The notes beneath the pieces were generated by a model that saw only the letters and a list, made by a program, of their open reading frames with translations, was not told the DNA's origin and made no database searches. The position numbers and the translations under genes were made by a program. A stretch of 64,000 nt of DNA from Azolla caroliniana. Its lineage: Eukaryota > Plantae > Polypodiophyta. Positions within the stretch are counted from its first letter, which is position 1. The number at the start of each line of letters is the position of its first letter. Below, one piece after another: positions 60,809-64,000 of the stretch. Location: NCBI GenBank assembly GCA_043228905.1, contig JBHGNT010000016.1:16430001-16494000 (forward strand). Direction: 5' to 3'.

Positions 60809-61960
60809 ACGTTCTTTTTGCTTCGTCTTCTGAAGGCACTCTTGTTAACTGACGCCATAGATTTTGGAACCGTAAGTTGAATTCAACGACAAACTCCTAT
60901 TGCAGCTGCAGAATAGTGTAAACATCGCCAATAATCTCACATTGCGGAATGCTTCGGTGGAAGAAGCGGAGAAACGTTGAGCTTAGTTCGTCGACGCAGG
61001 CCAAAGTTATGAGATCGATCTGGGAATGCCAATGGGCGGCGCGTCCGTCGAGGGTGAGGCCAAACTCCGCGATTTTGGATGCATGGGCTTTAGCTTCTGG
61101 CAGCCGTTGTGACAGATGGTTTGCGTTCCACACATTTAGAAACGATTGTATGTGGCCTTCGGCGTCGGTGTCTCCGCTGAAGCGGGGGTATGAAAAAGCC
61201 ATTGTCATAGACTGACTAGTGTTGAGGTAAATACTGTCGGCACGATGTGGGGAGGTTTGTGATGTGGTGGTGGTTTCACTATACTGGTGAAGTGGGGATA
61301 GGATGTCTTGCTGGGTACCGCTTTGCTCGGTGAGCGTCGACTCAAGTGTATTTTCCGAGAACGTCGGATGTAGTCGTTGAGGCATCGTTTTTGCACAGTG
61401 TGTTCCTCCACCTTGCGGGTTATGGATCTAGTCTACGGTCTATCCTAAGGGATTGGTTCACTAATGCGTCATCGGCTAAGCATCCATTCTTTGATTATCG
61501 GCTGTGAGAATCACAGATCACCAGGCGTGCCAAAAGTGTTACCGGCTAGGGTAAACATGGCCTACCATGAGTTCTTCGGGGTACGCCTCAAGAAGATTGC
61601 AATGTAGAGAATGGAGGGTGTATACAGCCTATCACGGATAATTGTGAATGTATTACGTCACGTGGCGTAAGAGAGGTGAGAAGCGGTATTCGGGAGACGG
61701 CTACAACCGAGCTCCTTCACACAATACGTCACTTTTACACAAACACGCTTAAGCAATTACCACACATAGGGGATACGTAAAAGAAGAGTACAGACACAAT
61801 AATTCGGAAACAACACAACTATATTTCAGAGATTACCAAAAAAACTACGCTAGTTCTTACAAGTTTCCCATGCCCTTTATATACAGGTTCATGGATGGTT
61901 ACGCTTGGTGCGTGAACCGTTACAGACATTTACATTGCAAACTGCTTACTCATTATTATG
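60809..61960 (-). mobile_element. 5' end of Athila/Tat-like element: gag start (60897-61385), tRNA-Arg PBS 61519-61532, partial 5' LTR from 61537
   Basis: YPRFSGDTDAEGHIQSF...LDGRAAHW gag motif; PBS tggcacgcctggtg on minus strand; LTR U5 similar to 13040-13098. Confidence 0.8.
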
Positions 61961-61964
61961 CTAC

Positions 61965-62530
61965 ACCTACCCTTCTTTTCTCCTTTCCCTACTAGGCTGA
62001 CCTTGGCAGACAACATCGAATGGGACATTGCCAATGTGCCAAATTGGATGTGTAGTGTCTTCTTTGGTTTCGACATAGCCGGATCGATCCAGATCTTGAA
62101 GGTTTCAGAACCATTCTTGATGATATGTCATATGGTTCGAAGCATCCGAGTCGATGAAACATACATCTTCCAGACTGGAGGTACTAGTTGAAGTAAAAGC
62201 CGACATAAAATTTTCTCTATGTCTCATTACGAACATTCTGCCATGGTCGTCATAGTCGGAGTTGGTGAGTTGTCGGCTTGCTTCTTCTTCGACACTCTTC
62301 TTGATGGTCGCTAATATTGCCACAATAGTTACAGCTAAGTGGCATTGTTTGTCGAACTTGTTTGGCATGGAAGCTCCCCTTTCTTCTGAAGGTTCCTTGA
62401 TGGCTTCCCTCTTGTTGGCTGAATCTACCTCGTCTTGCTCAGTCGCGTCCTCTTCCTCCGTCCGAATGTGTGTAGAGCATGTTGCCTTCCGAGGCATTTC
62501 TCTTCGTTCAAACATGATTTTCTTCAACCA
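61965..62530 (-). pseudogene. copia gag/protease fragment
   Basis: VCFIDSDASNHMTYHQEWF. Confidence 0.7.
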
Positions 62531-62603
62531 ATAGCTTTGATTGAAGATCGACGGAGGGAGGATTCTCCCTTGCTAGAACGACGGTCCTCATTGTGCTGAA
62601 CTA

Positions 62604-64000
62604 TGAAAGTTAATATGCGGAAGCTTGAGACAAAACCGGCTCTACTGGGTAGCAACAGAATATTGAGAAGAAAGGTTTATAGGTTTAATGGAGGCCTTAC
62701 ACGGGAGAGACAGAAAGAGCAGAAAGCATAAAACTAATTCAAGATAACAACTCTTTGTACATAGAATGTGCTCAGAGAGGAATTTTATACAAGTCCATAA
62801 AAGACTGACATGTACTTCAATGCTCATACAAGCGACTCACACCGACTCCCAAAAATATTCCTACGTACTAGGCTAGATCCGTAGGCCTCTAACGGACTAC
62901 TGGTTTCAATCCGATCCAGCTCCTGGTTCTGGATACCGATCCGGCTCTGCCTTATTTAACCGATCTGGATCCGGTTGAGCTTGATTGCTCAACACTCTCC
63001 CTCAAGCTCAACTTGAGGTCGGATCGTGGTGTTAGTATCTATGGTAGCCAGTTCTTCCGTCTGATTCCTTTTGGCATCCTCCCGCCTCGCTCCTCGACCT
63101 TCTTGGTCGACATGTCTGCTCAACAGGCCCTTCTCAGCTTTCTTGTTGTTGTGACTCTAGCGCTTGTCGACCCTCCTATTCCTCCATGTTGGCATCAACT
63201 TCCGTTGCCTTCTCGTTTGCTTGGCCTTTAGTTGATCTGAATCATCCGAATCAAAGTGTTGAACCGAATCAGATGCCTCCGATTCGTTCTAGATCTTGTC
63301 CAAGTTGGTCGTCTCCAACTCGTCTTCCATTTTTAGGCCTTTAACAACATCGGACCATGACCGAGTCTTGGCCTTCTCCATCCGATCAGCTCTATCCTTT
63401 TTGACTCTACTGCCCCCACCACTTGTTTCGACTTGTTCGGATATGTCGACTCTTCCAGTAGACTCGGCTTCCTTTTTCTTCTTATCTCCCCCTGTTTTGG
63501 TTCGTTCCTCTTTCTCTCCGGATCCTTTTCAAATGCCATTGCTTGTTTCCATTCCCGTTCTCCCCATCATGTGCAGCATGTCGAGTTGCTAAATCTCAAG
63601 CATCTCCGAAAAGTGCTGCAACTTTTCTGATTCGAGCGGCTTGGTAAAGATGTCATCAACCTGCCGATCCGTGTGAACATACCGAAGTTCAACTTCACCA
63701 CTCAGGACCCACTCATGGGCAAAGTGATAATGTAGTTCTATGTGCTTTGTCGGAGCATGGAATACAGGGTTCTTAGCGAGTTGTATGTTGCTTACATTGT
63801 CGCAATAGATCAAGATCAGGGTCGGCACCTCGATCCGAAGGTCTCACAGCAGTCCCCAAAGATAGACGGCTTCATAGGTGGCAATGGTAGCGCCCCGGTA
63901 TTCAGCCTCAGTGCTCGAAAGAGCCATTATTGGCTTCTTTTTGCTGCTCCATGCAATAGCCGCGTTACCAAGAGAGAACATATAATTGGACGTGGATCAA
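62604..64000 (-). mobile_element. copia 3' LTR (62604-62994), PPT, 3' extension and RNase H, running off the window
   Basis: IYCDN...AKNPVFH.PTKHIELHYHF...DIFTKPL; LTR like 28514-28956. Confidence 0.88.

Overview
This is eukaryotic plant DNA, most likely a moss such as Physcomitrium patens (inferred from the element types, not proven). It is not prokaryotic. About 85% of the window is nested, decayed LTR retrotransposons: several Ty1/copia copies (tRNA-iMet PBS), a tRNA-Trp-primed Ty3/gypsy element, Athila/Tat-like non-chromovirus gypsy elements with a long extra ORF, and three chromodomain-bearing (Tcn1-like) chromovirus families. It also holds a Mutator-like MITE, a TRIM-like element and a Sola-type transposase relic. 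The only intact host gene is a 5-exon aldo-keto reductase (21630-23305, minus strand) flanked by diverged direct repeats. The most interesting signals are cis-elements. (1) In two divergent Athila-like copies the polypurine tract is replaced by a copy of the tRNA-Arg 3' end ending in CCA exactly 2 nt before the 3' LTR, an inverted PBS that suggests tRNA priming of both cDNA strands. (2) All three chromovirus LTR families carry an antisense tRNA-like A/B-box module in U3, heat-shock-element arrays, and a self-priming 5'-end/PBS inverted repeat with co-varying changes; one LTR is inverted between these repeats. Coordinates were counted by hand and may be off by a few bases. tRNA sequences are recalled from known plant tRNAs, not searched.
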